Source: Flavobacteriales bacterium (GTDB lineage Bacteria; Bacteroidota; Bacteroidia; Flavobacteriales_D; Crocinitomicaceae). Taken from it: DNA of 59,607 nucleotides. Made by a program: the position numbers and the translations under genes. The notes beneath the pieces are model-generated. The model did not search any database. It was given only the letters and a program-made list of their open reading frames with translations, and had not been told where the DNA came from. Each line of letters starts with the position of its first letter. Within the stretch, counting starts at the first letter, position 1. Below are positions 18,229 through 27,252 of this stretch, in pieces. The stretch is taken from contig CANGLG010000001.1 of the NCBI GenBank assembly GCA_947454395.1, forward strand, positions 1 to 59,607. Direction: 5' to 3'.

Positions 18229-18858
18229 ATGAGTGCTCAAGACCAAACAAAAATGTTCAAAAATCCAATTCTGGAATTAATATCGAAAAGTAATCCTCCG
18301 ATGATGATTTGTTTTCATTTGATATTAGCGGGAAGCTTCTTCTATATCGGTATTCGAAAAAACATTTTCAAAAGCGAACCTTTATTCATTTTAGGATTTT
18401 TTGCATTTGGATTACTTACTTGGACCCTAACCGAATACTTGATGCATCGTTACGTTTTTCATTTTACAAAAGAAAATAAATTAATTCAAGCATTCCACAA
18501 TGCAATGCATGGTCACCACCACGAACACCCAACAGATAAAAAACACATGTTTATGCCTCCGCTTCCTGCCTTTATTTTCGTGATGATTTTCTTTGGCTTG
18601 TTTTACATTTTAATCGGGCAATCTGCCTTCTATTTCTTGCCTGGATTCGAAATCGGGTACCTAATTTATTCACTGATCCACTTTTACGTTCATAATCATG
18701 TTGCTTCAAAAGGAATTATGAAAAACTTATGGATGCATCACGCAAAACATCATTATCAAACACCAGAAAAAGCTTTTGGTGTTTCGAGTACTTTTTGGGA
18801 TTGGGTCTTCAGCACGATGCCAAGAGATAAAAAATCTACTCGAGAAATAACTTCTTAA
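18229..18858 (+). CDS. fatty acid hydroxylase / sterol desaturase superfamily membrane di-iron enzyme
   Basis: Histidine boxes HRYVFH, HGHHHEH and HHAKHH, with about 4 TM helices. Confidence 0.8.
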   Translation: MSAQDQTKMFKNPILELISKSNPPMMICFHLILAGSFFYIGIRKNIFKSEPLFILGFFAFGLLTWTLTEYLMHRYVFHFTKENKLIQAFHNAMHGHHHEHPTDKKHMFMPPLPAFIFVMIFFGLFYILIGQSAFYFLPGFEIGYLIYSLIHFYVHNHVASKGIMKNLWMHHAKHHYQTPEKAFGVSSTFWDWVFSTMPRDKKSTREITS

Positions 18859-18927
18859 CATAGGTTAACCTTGTAAACAGCGGAATATTCTCAAATTTGC
18901 ATCTAATTAAAATAAAAATAATTTAAC

Positions 18928-19497
18928 ATGAAAAAAGTAGTATTAGCATTTTCAGCAGTTGTTTTGCTGGCCTCTTTCATTATCAACGAAGTTGCAAACT
19001 GGTCATTAGATGGAGCTCACTCTCGTCTTGGATTTTCAATAACACATATGGGAATTACCGACATTAACGGAGAATTCAGCAAATTTGATGTTAAAATTTC
19101 TACACCAAATGCCGATTTTAATGGAGCAACAATTGAAATGACAGCTGAAGCGAAATCAATTAACACAGGTTTATCTATGAGAGATGACCATTTGAGAACT
19201 GCAGATTTCTTCAACGTTGAAAAGTTCCCAACACTTTCTTTTAAAAGCACTTCTGTTAAAAAAGCTAAAGGAAATAAATATGTAGTTGTTGGTGATTTTA
19301 CAATGCATGGAGTTACAAAATCTGTTATTTTGACTGCAATACATACTGGTTCTGCAAAAAACCAAGCGGGAGGAGATGTTGCAGGTTTAAAATTAATTGG
19401 ATCTGTTAAACGTTCGGATTTTGGTGTTGGTCAAGCAGGACCTGGATTATCTGACGAAGTGAAATTAATTGCAGATTTAGAAGTTTCAAAAAAATAA
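18928..19497 (+). CDS. YceI family periplasmic lipid/polyisoprenoid-binding protein
   Basis: Signal peptide, then WSLDGAHSRLGFSITHMGITDINGEFSKFDV, ...RDDHLRTADFFNVEKFP and FTMHGVTK, as in YceI-like domains. Confidence 0.85.
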   Translation: MKKVVLAFSAVVLLASFIINEVANWSLDGAHSRLGFSITHMGITDINGEFSKFDVKISTPNADFNGATIEMTAEAKSINTGLSMRDDHLRTADFFNVEKFPTLSFKSTSVKKAKGNKYVVVGDFTMHGVTKSVILTAIHTGSAKNQAGGDVAGLKLIGSVKRSDFGVGQAGPGLSDEVKLIADLEVSKK

Positions 19498-19510
19498 AAA
19501 TTAAGCAATC

Positions 19511-20038
19511 GTGAAAACAGTACTTTTCTTAATTGTGGCTTTTGTCATCAGTTCTCCTGTTGCGTATTCTCAAAACTGGAAAATTACTAAGAATCACAAG
19601 ATTGCATTTTCAAATTCTGATGTTTCAGGAGTATTTAAAGAAATTTCGGGGACAATCCTTTTTGATGCAGCCAACTTGGATGCCTCGAAATTTCATTTAA
19701 AAATTAAGGTTGAATCCATTAACACAGGAAATACAACTCAAAATAAGCATGCACTCGGAGCGGATTGGTTTGAAGCGTTAATGTACCCTGAAATTGAATT
19801 TGTTTCAGATAAAATAAAAAAGACAGATAAAGGTTTTGTAGCCATCGGAAAACTTATTATTCGCGGTTTCTCAAAAGAGTGTTCAATCCCATTTACATTT
19901 GAAAAAAAGGGTTCAACAGGAACTTTCGTTGCTAAATTTTCAATCAACAGAGCAGATTACGGTGTTGGGAAAAGTGAGAGTGAAGAGTCTGATAATATGC
20001 AAATTACTGCAACAATCCCTGTTACTAAAATTAAATAG
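19511..20038 (+). CDS. YceI family protein (second, diverged copy)
   Basis: GTG start. Signal peptide ...SSPVAYS|QNWK. KIAFSNSDVSGVFKEISGTILFD, ...ALGADWFEALMYPEIEF and LIIRGFSKE follow the same YceI pattern. Confidence 0.75.
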   Translation: MKTVLFLIVAFVISSPVAYSQNWKITKNHKIAFSNSDVSGVFKEISGTILFDAANLDASKFHLKIKVESINTGNTTQNKHALGADWFEALMYPEIEFVSDKIKKTDKGFVAIGKLIIRGFSKECSIPFTFEKKGSTGTFVAKFSINRADYGVGKSESEESDNMQITATIPVTKIK

Positions 20039-20040
20039 TC

Positions 20041-20466
20041 ATGAAAAGAATAGCCTTTCAATCCGTTTCAGCCAGTGCTTTGGCATGCTTAGTTTCTTTG
20101 ATGTACACAAATTTTTATTACGGTAGACTAATTAAGGATTTTGGAATTGCTGATTTTTCTGAAGTAGTTAATATGGGTTCAATTATCAAATATGACTTTG
20201 TATCAATTTTAACTGGTGGAATCCTCTTTTTTGCTTTATCAAAGGCAATAAAAAATAGCGCTATTTCCACTTTCATTTTTAACTTTTTAGTTTCTATGAT
20301 TTGTGTTGCTCTAGTGTTTGGCGTATTAAAAATGAACGATCCGGAATTTAAAAATGAAGATGCACAGCTTTTTGTTGATTATTACAAAGGCTTTTTAATG
20401 CCATTAATTTTCATCCCTGCCTTATCTTGGTTTACCTTAAAACCATTATTTATTCAGTCGAAATAA
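20041..20466 (+). CDS. hypothetical membrane protein (about 4 TM)
   Basis: ATG 2 nt after the YceI stop. Hydrophobic helices. No recognisable family. Confidence 0.5.
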   Translation: MKRIAFQSVSASALACLVSLMYTNFYYGRLIKDFGIADFSEVVNMGSIIKYDFVSILTGGILFFALSKAIKNSAISTFIFNFLVSMICVALVFGVLKMNDPEFKNEDAQLFVDYYKGFLMPLIFIPALSWFTLKPLFIQSK

Positions 20467-20488
20467 ATGCGTAAAAAACATCTAAATT

Positions 20489-20512
20489 GATCTTCTTAAA
20501 GGTCGCTTTTTT
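20489..20512 (+). terminator. weak candidate rho-independent terminator
   Basis: Stem GATCTT/AAGGTC (6 bp, one G-U), loop CTTA, then GCTTTTTT. The T-run overlaps the purK stop codon on the other strand. Confidence 0.3.
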
Positions 20513-21626
20513 ATGCAATGACTTTTACTAATTTTTGAACTAATGCTGTTTTCTCTTTAACCTCAACAAGGTTCCTTCCGGTAATGGTTACATGTCCCAT
20601 TTTACGAAAAGGTTTAGTTGTCTCTTTGCCGTAAATATGTGGAAAAACACCGGGGATTTGCAAAATTTCTTCAAGTCCTTGATAATAAGCACCTCCTTCA
20701 AATCCTTTTTCACCTAACAAGTTAATCATCGCTCCGGACTGAATCAAATCGGTTGCGCCAAGTGGCAAATTCAAAATGGCTCTTAAATGCTGTGCAAATT
20801 GAGAGGTAATGTTGCATTCAATCGTATGATGTCCACTGTTGTGAGGTCTTGGCGCAATTTCATTGACCAATAAATTTCCATCTTCAGTTAAGAAAAATTC
20901 AACGGCAAGTAAGCCAACCATTTCTAATTTTTCAATAATGTCTTTTGCAAGATTTGCTGCTTTTTGTTCAATAATATCAGAAACATCAGCAGGCGAAAAT
21001 AGAAACTCAACTAAGTTTGCTTCGGGATTAAATTCACATTCCACAATGGGAAAACTTTTTACTTCTCCCCTTTCATTTCGAGCAACAATTACCGAAAGTT
21101 CTTTAACAAACGGAATCATTTCTTCCAATACACTCGGTGCATCAAACCCGAATTCAATTGATTCTTTGGACTTTAATATTTGCACACCTTTTCCATCATA
21201 TCCACCCGTTCTCAATTTCTGAACGATTGGAAAAACCTTATTTTCAATTACTTCTTGACGATTTTTTACAAGTCGAAACGGGGCTGTAGGAATGTTATTT
21301 TGCTCAAAAAATTCTTTTTGAATTCCTTTGTCGCGAATGATTCGTAATACACGTGGCTGCGGAAATACTTTTACACCCTCTTTTTCGAGTTGTTCGAGTG
21401 CCTCAACGGAAACATTTTCAATTTCAACTGTAATTAAATGCTTGTCTTTTCCAAATTTATAAACTGAGTCAAAATCAGTGATTGAACCGCGTGTAAATGA
21501 ATGTGCGATTTCAGAACATGGTGCTTTTGGATCAGGATCTAAACAATGTAAATGAATGTTTAAATCAATAGCTTCTTGCAGCATCATTCGTCCCAATTGT
21601 CCTCCTCCAAGAACACCAATGCGCAT
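20511..21626 (-). CDS. purK: 5-(carboxyamino)imidazole ribonucleotide synthase (N5-CAIR synthetase)
   Basis: MRIGVLGGGQLGRMM plus an ATP-grasp body (...EMIPFVKELSVIVARN..., NEIAPRPHNSGH). The ATG at 21626 lies 30 nt after a TATCTTTG box. The box sits too close to the longer track start at 21653 for that start to be used. Confidence 0.9.
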   Translation of the reverse strand: MRIGVLGGGQLGRMMLQEAIDLNIHLHCLDPDPKAPCSEIAHSFTRGSITDFDSVYKFGKDKHLITVEIENVSVEALEQLEKEGVKVFPQPRVLRIIRDKGIQKEFFEQNNIPTAPFRLVKNRQEVIENKVFPIVQKLRTGGYDGKGVQILKSKESIEFGFDAPSVLEEMIPFVKELSVIVARNERGEVKSFPIVECEFNPEANLVEFLFSPADVSDIIEQKAANLAKDIIEKLEMVGLLAVEFFLTEDGNLLVNEIAPRPHNSGHHTIECNITSQFAQHLRAILNLPLGATDLIQSGAMINLLGEKGFEGGAYYQGLEEILQIPGVFPHIYGKETTKPFRKMGHVTITGRNLVEVKEKTALVQKLVKVIA

Positions 21627-21656
21627 GTCTTCACCGTACCATTTTGAAATCATATT

Positions 21657-21664
21657 GCAAAGAT
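21657..21664 (-). promoter_or_regulatory. putative -7 box TATCTTTG upstream of purK
   Basis: 30 nt before the ATG at 21626. Divergent from the hpt promoter. Confidence 0.4.
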
Positions 21665-21727
21665 AAGTTATGAGTTAAGGAAACAAGACTAGTTTTATCA
21701 AAATTTTCAATTCCCACTTGAAAATCG

Positions 21728-21735
21728 TAAATTTG
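21728..21735 (+). promoter_or_regulatory. putative -7 box TAAATTTG upstream of hpt
   Basis: Only 7 nt before the ATG at 21743. Confidence 0.4.
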
Positions 21736-21742
21736 CATTCAA

Positions 21743-22288
21743 ATGACAACAAAAGAAATTCAAATACACGATAAATCTTTTTATCCTTTCATTTCAGAAA
21801 GTGAAATAATGACGAGTGTGAAAACATTGGCAAAAGCACTCGAAAAGGATTACGAAGGAAAAGACCTTTTGCTCATTGCTATTTTAAATGGCGCATTTAT
21901 GTTCGCTTCTGACATTATGAAATGCATTCAAAGAGATGCAGAAATTTCATTTGTAAAAGTTAGTTCATACAAGGGAACTCAAACATCTGGACGCGTGGAT
22001 GAATTAATCGGACTAAATAACAACATGGAAAACAGACATGTTGTTATTCTTGAAGACATCGTAGACACTGGAATCACTATTGATAAAGTCATTTCATTAA
22101 TAAATGCAAACGATCCAGCTTCTGTGGAAGTATGTACACTACTATACAAACCGGAAGCTTATAAAGGCAAACACAAACCTAAATACATTGGTTTTGAAAT
22201 CCCGAACAAGTTTGTTGTAGGATATGGATTAGATTACAATGAACTTGGAAGAAATTTAAAAGAGTTGTATCAATTAAAAGAAGAATAA
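21743..22288 (+). CDS. hpt: hypoxanthine phosphoribosyltransferase
   Basis: PRPP-binding VVILEDIVDTGITI, VVGYGLDY, and typical length. Confidence 0.9.
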   Translation: MTTKEIQIHDKSFYPFISESEIMTSVKTLAKALEKDYEGKDLLLIAILNGAFMFASDIMKCIQRDAEISFVKVSSYKGTQTSGRVDELIGLNNNMENRHVVILEDIVDTGITIDKVISLINANDPASVEVCTLLYKPEAYKGKHKPKYIGFEIPNKFVVGYGLDYNELGRNLKELYQLKEE

Positions 22289-22289
22289 A

Positions 22290-22865
22290 ATGTTGAATAT
22301 TGTGCTATTTGGCCCTCCGGGAGCAGGAAAAGGAACGCAATCCGAACGATTAATCGAAAAATATGATCTGGTGCATTTATCCACAGGTGATATGTTTCGA
22401 GCACACATCGAAAACGATACGGAATTAGGTAAGCGTGTGAAACAAATTATGGCTGATGGTTTTTTAGTTCCAGATTCTGTGACGATTGATATGTTGGAAG
22501 AAGAGGTTCAAAAACACCCAAATGCAAAAGGATTAATTTTTGACGGTTTTCCAAGAACAGTTGTTCAAGCTGAAGCGCTAGATGCTTATTTAAATTCCAA
22601 AGGACAATCAATTAATACGGTTTTGCAATTAGATGTTCCTGAAGAAGTTATCAAAGAACGTATCGAATTGCGGAGTAAGGTAAGTGGGCGTGCGGATGAT
22701 GCAGCTGAAAAATTATTGAAACGAATCAATGAGTATTTCACTAAAACCATCCACGTCTTGCCATATTACGTTGCTCAAAATAAAGTAACAACCATAAACG
22801 GAGTGGGCGAAATTGATGCCATTTCAGAAAAATTATACGCGGCAATTGAACCGCACTTAAACTAA
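22290..22865 (+). CDS. adk: adenylate kinase
   Basis: GPPGAGKGTQ P-loop, LSTGDMFR, FDGFPRT. Confidence 0.95.
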   Translation: MLNIVLFGPPGAGKGTQSERLIEKYDLVHLSTGDMFRAHIENDTELGKRVKQIMADGFLVPDSVTIDMLEEEVQKHPNAKGLIFDGFPRTVVQAEALDAYLNSKGQSINTVLQLDVPEEVIKERIELRSKVSGRADDAAEKLLKRINEYFTKTIHVLPYYVAQNKVTTINGVGEIDAISEKLYAAIEPHLN

Positions 22866-22868
22866 ATA

Positions 22869-23861
22869 ATGGCTTCAGACAATTTTGTTGACTATGTCAA
22901 AATACACTGTACATCGGGGAATGGTGGAGGAGGATCAACGCATTTTCGTCGCGAGAAATACATACCAAAAGGAGGGCCTGATGGTGGCGATGGAGGAAGA
23001 GGTGGGCATGTAATTTTACGAGGTAACAAACAGCTTTGGACCTTATTGCATTTAAAATTTCAAAAACACATCAAAGCAGGCCATGGTGCACACGGATCTG
23101 GGAACTTGAAAACTGGTTCTCAGGGCGAGGATGTTTACATTGAAGTACCACTCGGCACTATCGCTAAAGATGCAGAAACCGGGGAAGTTGCATTTGAAAT
23201 CACAGAAGACGGGGAAGAATTTATCATCCAACGTGGCGGTAAAGGAGGTTGGGGAAATAACCAATTTAAATCTCCAACAAATCAAACTCCTCGCTATGCA
23301 CAACCAGGCGAATCAGGTCAAGAAGGATGGAAAATACTTGAATTAAAAGTACTGGCAGATGTTGGATTGGTTGGTTTTCCAAACGCCGGTAAAAGTACAT
23401 TGCTTTCTGTTATTTCAGCTGCGAAACCTGAAATTGGAGATTATCCGTTTACGACATTGCGTCCAAATTTGGGGATTGTTTTGTATCGGGATTACCGCTC
23501 ATTCATCATGGCAGACATTCCCGGAATCATTGAAGGAGCACACGCAGGAAAGGGACTTGGATTACGCTTTTTGAGACACATCGAACGAAATTCGCTCTTA
23601 CTTTTCATGATTCCTGCCGATTCGGATGATATTAAGAAGGAATACGACATTCTTTTGAATGAACTAAAACAATACAATCCCGAGTTACTGCATAAAGAAC
23701 GGCTTTTGGCTATTACTAAATCAGATATGCTCGACGATGAATTGATTTCAGAAATTAAAAAAGATTTACCACAAATTCCATACATCTTCATCTCTGCGGT
23801 AGCTCAAAAAGGTCTAACAGAACTGAAAGATTTGATTTGGAAGCATTTGAACAATGATTGA
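22869..23861 (+). CDS. obgE: GTPase ObgE/CgtA
   Basis: Obg fold [42 protein letters not shown]1 motif [10 protein letters not shown]3 motif DIPG. Confidence 0.95.
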   Translation: MASDNFVDYVKIHCTSGNGGGGSTHFRREKYIPKGGPDGGDGGRGGHVILRGNKQLWTLLHLKFQKHIKAGHGAHGSGNLKTGSQGEDVYIEVPLGTIAKDAETGEVAFEITEDGEEFIIQRGGKGGWGNNQFKSPTNQTPRYAQPGESGQEGWKILELKVLADVGLVGFPNAGKSTLLSVISAAKPEIGDYPFTTLRPNLGIVLYRDYRSFIMADIPGIIEGAHAGKGLGLRFLRHIERNSLLLFMIPADSDDIKKEYDILLNELKQYNPELLHKERLLAITKSDMLDDELISEIKKDLPQIPYIFISAVAQKGLTELKDLIWKHLNND

Positions 23862-24444
23862 TTGGCTTGAATCGATAGATCGTTTTTTACTCCTATTCAT
23901 CAATGGAATGCATACAGCTTTGTTAGATGAAATCATGTGGTTTATATCTGGTAAATTCAGTTTGATCCCTCTGTATTTAATTCTATTGTATTTTGTGAAA
24001 CAACAAAACTCTTGGCAAAACTTCGGTTTGATTTGCGTCGGGATATTTTTGACTGTGCTTATTTCAGATCAAGTTTCTGTGAACCTATTTAAAGAAGTTT
24101 TTAAACGATACCGTCCTTCACACAACCTGGAAATTTGGCAACAATTGCATTTCTATCAAACCAAACCAGGCGAATATTACCGTGGTGGTATTTATGGATT
24201 CATTTCGTCGCATGCAGCCAATTACTTTGGCATGTTTGCATTTGTATTACCATTATTTGGAAATAAATTAAAATGGTTGAAACTACTCACGATTTTTATT
24301 GGATGCATTGTTGGATTAAGTAGAATTTACCTTGGTGTTCATTATCCTTCGGACGTTTTTTTGGGAGCTTGTATCGGCCTAATTATCGGATATAGTTTGA
24401 ACCATTTTGTCTATCTTCGAATAAAATTCAAAGAACAACAATGA
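23854..24444 (+). CDS. PAP2 family phosphatase (membrane)
   Basis: Motifs KRYRPSH, SSHAAN and [13 protein letters not shown]. Overlaps obg by 8 nt. Confidence 0.85.
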   Translation: MIDWLESIDRFLLLFINGMHTALLDEIMWFISGKFSLIPLYLILLYFVKQQNSWQNFGLICVGIFLTVLISDQVSVNLFKEVFKRYRPSHNLEIWQQLHFYQTKPGEYYRGGIYGFISSHAANYFGMFAFVLPLFGNKLKWLKLLTIFIGCIVGLSRIYLGVHYPSDVFLGACIGLIIGYSLNHFVYLRIKFKEQQ

Positions 24445-24794
24445 ACTGGATTTTAGTTTTTATTGGTGGTGGAATCGGTAGCGTTATGCGCTTTGGTGTC
24501 GGTAAATGCTTTTCTTTCAAAGGCTTGTCTTTTCCATGGGCGACATTTGTTTCCAATACAATCGCTTGCATCATTTTCGCAATTGTTCTCGTTGTAATGG
24601 CGCGATTACCAAAAAATGATTGGATGCAACCCTTCTTATTGGTGGGTGTTTGCGGTGGGTTCAGCACGTTTAGTACTTTTTCCTATGAAAACTTTCAATT
24701 GTTTCAAAACGGGAATTACACGCTACTTTTTGCAAATGTATCGGTCTCTTTGATCGTTGGATTTGGCAGTTTTTACATCTTAAAATCAATCTGA
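24441..24794 (+). CDS. crcB: fluoride efflux transporter CrcB
   Basis: GGGIGSVMRF and GVCGGFSTFSTFSYE. 117 aa, 4 TM. ATGA overlap with the PAP2 stop. Confidence 0.9.
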   Translation: MNWILVFIGGGIGSVMRFGVGKCFSFKGLSFPWATFVSNTIACIIFAIVLVVMARLPKNDWMQPFLLVGVCGGFSTFSTFSYENFQLFQNGNYTLLFANVSVSLIVGFGSFYILKSI

Positions 24795-24855
24795 TTATTA
24801 ATTATTAAAAAATATATTTAGTTTTCTCTAAAATCTCAGAGGAATAATCAAGGCA

Positions 24856-24882
24856 TAAAAAAAGCCAATCTTTCGACCGGCT
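24856..24882 (-). terminator. rho-independent terminator downstream of lpdA
   Basis: On the minus strand: AGCCGGTC-GAAA-GATTGGCT (8 bp, two G-U) followed by T7. On the plus strand the same hairpin has two A-C mismatches. Confidence 0.6.
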
Positions 24883-24908
24883 TCAATTTTATTTTTATTA
24901 AAAATTAT

Positions 24909-26312
24909 TTAAACGTGTAACGCTCTATTTTCAGTTGCCGCTAAAGCTGCTTCTTTCACACCCTCCGAATATGTTGGATGCGGGTGACAAATACGAGCGA
25001 TATCCTCAGCAGATGCACGATATTCCATAGCTGTAACTGCTTCCATAATTAAATCTGCTGCACGAGCTGCAATCATGTGAACTCCTAAGACCTCATCGGT
25101 CGTTTTATCAGCAAGAATTTTAATAAATCCTCCTGTATCCATGCTCGCTCTTGCTCGTCCCAACGCTTTGATTGGGAAATTACCGACTTTGTATTCTACA
25201 CCGGCAGCCTTTAATTCTTCTTCTGTTTTACCAACAGCAGCCACTTCAGGCCAAGTGTAAACTACTCCCGGAATCAAGTTGTAATTCAAATGTGGTTTTT
25301 GTCCCGCGATTAATTCTGCAACATAAACACCTTCTTCTTCGGCTTTGTGTGCCAACATAGCTCCACGAACTACATCACCAATTGCATAAATGTTTGGAAC
25401 TGAAGTTTGTAGATGATCGTTTACATCCACTTGTCCACGTTGATTTGCAGAAAGTTCTGCATTTTCAAGAGAAAGCCCATCAGTGTAAGCTTTTCGTCCT
25501 ACAGCAACCAAGCAATAATCTGCTTCGAAAGTTACCTCTTCATTTTTCTTATTCAATGCCGTTAAAACAACTGATTTTCCTTTGTTTTCCACTTTTTGAA
25601 CACGATGCTCCATCTGGAATTTAAAACCTTCTTTTTTCAAGATTTTAGTGAACTCTTTCCCTATCGAAGCATCCATCGTAGGCAAAATCGTTGGCGAAAA
25701 TTCAATTACTTCAATTTCAGTCCCTAAACGTCCGTATACAGAACCCAATTCCAAACCAATCACACCAGCACCTATGACAAGCATCTTTTTTGGAATTTCT
25801 TGTAGGTTTAATGCTTCGGTTGAAGTAATAATTCGTTTTTTATCCGGTTCCATTCCTGGGAAGAAATTTGGCTTAGAACCTGTAGCGATAATGATGTTTT
25901 TACCCGTAATTTGAGTTTCTTTCCCGTCTGAAGCTGTAATTTTTACTGTATTTTTATCTACAAAAGAACCAACTCCTGTATGAACATCAATTTTATTTTT
26001 ATCCATTAAAAATTTCACACCGACACAAGTCTGACTAACCACATCATTCTTGCGTTGAATCATTTGTTTGATATTGGCTTTCAAACCTTTTACTTCAATT
26101 CCATGTTCTGTGAAGTTATGAGTTGCATTGTGAAAATGTTCCGAAGAATCCAATAATGCCTTGGAAGGTATACATCCTACGTTTAGACAAGTACCACCGA
26201 GGGTATTGTATTTTTCAATAATAGCAGTTTTCAATCCCAATTGGGCACAACGAATAGCCGAAACATATCCGCCCGGTCCAGACCCTATAATAATAACATC
26301 GTAAGTACTCAT
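24909..26312 (-). CDS. lpdA: dihydrolipoyl dehydrogenase
   Basis: GSGPGGY FAD motif, redox-active GGTCLNVGCIPSK, second dinucleotide fold VIGAGVIGLELG, C-terminal HPHPTYSE. Confidence 0.95.
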   Translation of the reverse strand: MSTYDVIIIGSGPGGYVSAIRCAQLGLKTAIIEKYNTLGGTCLNVGCIPSKALLDSSEHFHNATHNFTEHGIEVKGLKANIKQMIQRKNDVVSQTCVGVKFLMDKNKIDVHTGVGSFVDKNTVKITASDGKETQITGKNIIIATGSKPNFFPGMEPDKKRIITSTEALNLQEIPKKMLVIGAGVIGLELGSVYGRLGTEIEVIEFSPTILPTMDASIGKEFTKILKKEGFKFQMEHRVQKVENKGKSVVLTALNKKNEEVTFEADYCLVAVGRKAYTDGLSLENAELSANQRGQVDVNDHLQTSVPNIYAIGDVVRGAMLAHKAEEEGVYVAELIAGQKPHLNYNLIPGVVYTWPEVAAVGKTEEELKAAGVEYKVGNFPIKALGRARASMDTGGFIKILADKTTDEVLGVHMIAARAADLIMEAVTAMEYRASAEDIARICHPHPTYSEGVKEAALAATENRALHV

Positions 26313-26328
26313 TTCAAAAAATTTTGGA

Positions 26329-26336
26329 CAAAGTTA
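26329..26336 (-). promoter_or_regulatory. putative -7 box TAACTTTG upstream of lpdA
   Basis: 16 nt before the ATG at 26312. Confidence 0.4.
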
Positions 26337-26417
26337 AAACATCTCAGCAGACTTTTTCTCGTCTTTTTACAAAAGTTCATTTCAAACTCTTTTTGTTTTT
26401 TTTCGTTAAAGGGATAA

Positions 26418-27233
26418 ATGATAAAAAAATCAGTTGCAATCATCGGATTTGGTTGGCTTGGAAAGCCATTGGCTATTGCTTTGAGAGACAATGGATACTC
26501 TGTTTTTGTAGGGAGTAGAAGTGATGAAAAAATTGCTGAAATAAATGAATTAAATTTATATGGATTTAAATTGACTTATCTTGATGATTATGAAATTAAA
26601 ATAAGTTTAAATGCTACTCAAATCAACGAAATTGATTTTTTAATTATAACCATTCCTCCTTCCAATTTTAAAAATTACGGCTTGAGCTTGTCACAAATTG
26701 CTATAGCTTTTTCATTGAAAACAAAAATCATTTTCACTAGTTCAACCGGAATTTACCAAGATGTTTCTGAGTTAGTTAACGAATCTGGAAAAGTCATCGA
26801 AAATCATCCTGTTTTTCTAGCTGAACAAAAACTTAGGAACAACCTGAAAGATCGATTGACTATCATTCGTCTAGCTGGTCTCATTGGAAAAAACAGACAT
26901 CCGGTTAAATATTTTGTTCAAAAAGGAGGCATTCCAGCCGGAAGTTCTCCCGTCAATTTAGTTCGACTTGAAGATGTAATCAGGGCACTAATTTTAATTA
27001 TTGAAAAGGACTTATCGGGTGAAATTTTCAATATAGTCAACAATGAACACCCTGATAGAATTGAATACTATATAAATGCAGCAAATTCAATAATTAAAAT
27101 TCAACTGAATGCTGAAAATAAAAGACTTGGAAAAACCATTGATGGAACGAAATTTGAGCATAAAACTGGTTTTTGTTATAAGTATTCCATCTTCGAATGG
27201 GACGCATTTTACATTACGACTGAATTAACTTAA
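26418..27233 (+). CDS. NAD(P)-binding Rossmann-fold protein (atypical SDR/epimerase-like)
   Basis: N-terminus VAIIGFGWLGKPLAIALRDNGYSV. No catalytic motif that I can assign with confidence. Confidence 0.6.
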   Translation: MIKKSVAIIGFGWLGKPLAIALRDNGYSVFVGSRSDEKIAEINELNLYGFKLTYLDDYEIKISLNATQINEIDFLIITIPPSNFKNYGLSLSQIAIAFSLKTKIIFTSSTGIYQDVSELVNESGKVIENHPVFLAEQKLRNNLKDRLTIIRLAGLIGKNRHPVKYFVQKGGIPAGSSPVNLVRLEDVIRALILIIEKDLSGEIFNIVNNEHPDRIEYYINAANSIIKIQLNAENKRLGKTIDGTKFEHKTGFCYKYSIFEWDAFYITTELT

Positions 27234-27238
27234 ATTTG
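27231..27238 (+). promoter_or_regulatory. putative -7 box TAAATTTG upstream of the type B CTD adhesin gene
   Basis: 14 nt before the ATG at 27253. Its first three bases are the TAA stop of the upstream gene. Confidence 0.4.
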
Positions 27239-27252
27239 TATCTATTGGAAAA

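Noticed and set aside
20863-21222. Antisense ORFs over 110 aa inside purK (20863..21222), the second permease gene (50768..51112) and the acyl-CoA dehydrogenase gene (53467..53817).
   Set aside because: Each lies opposite a gene with unambiguous family motifs, and none has a promoter box or plausible start. They are ordinary shadow ORFs.
20511-21626. purK without an adjacent purE.
   Set aside because: Scattered purine genes are common in Bacteroidota, and nothing in the sequence suggests loss or a pseudogene.
23854-24444. I looked for a fluoride riboswitch upstream of crcB.
   Set aside because: crcB starts inside the stop codon of the PAP2 gene. There is no non-coding leader, and I saw no obvious structured segment.
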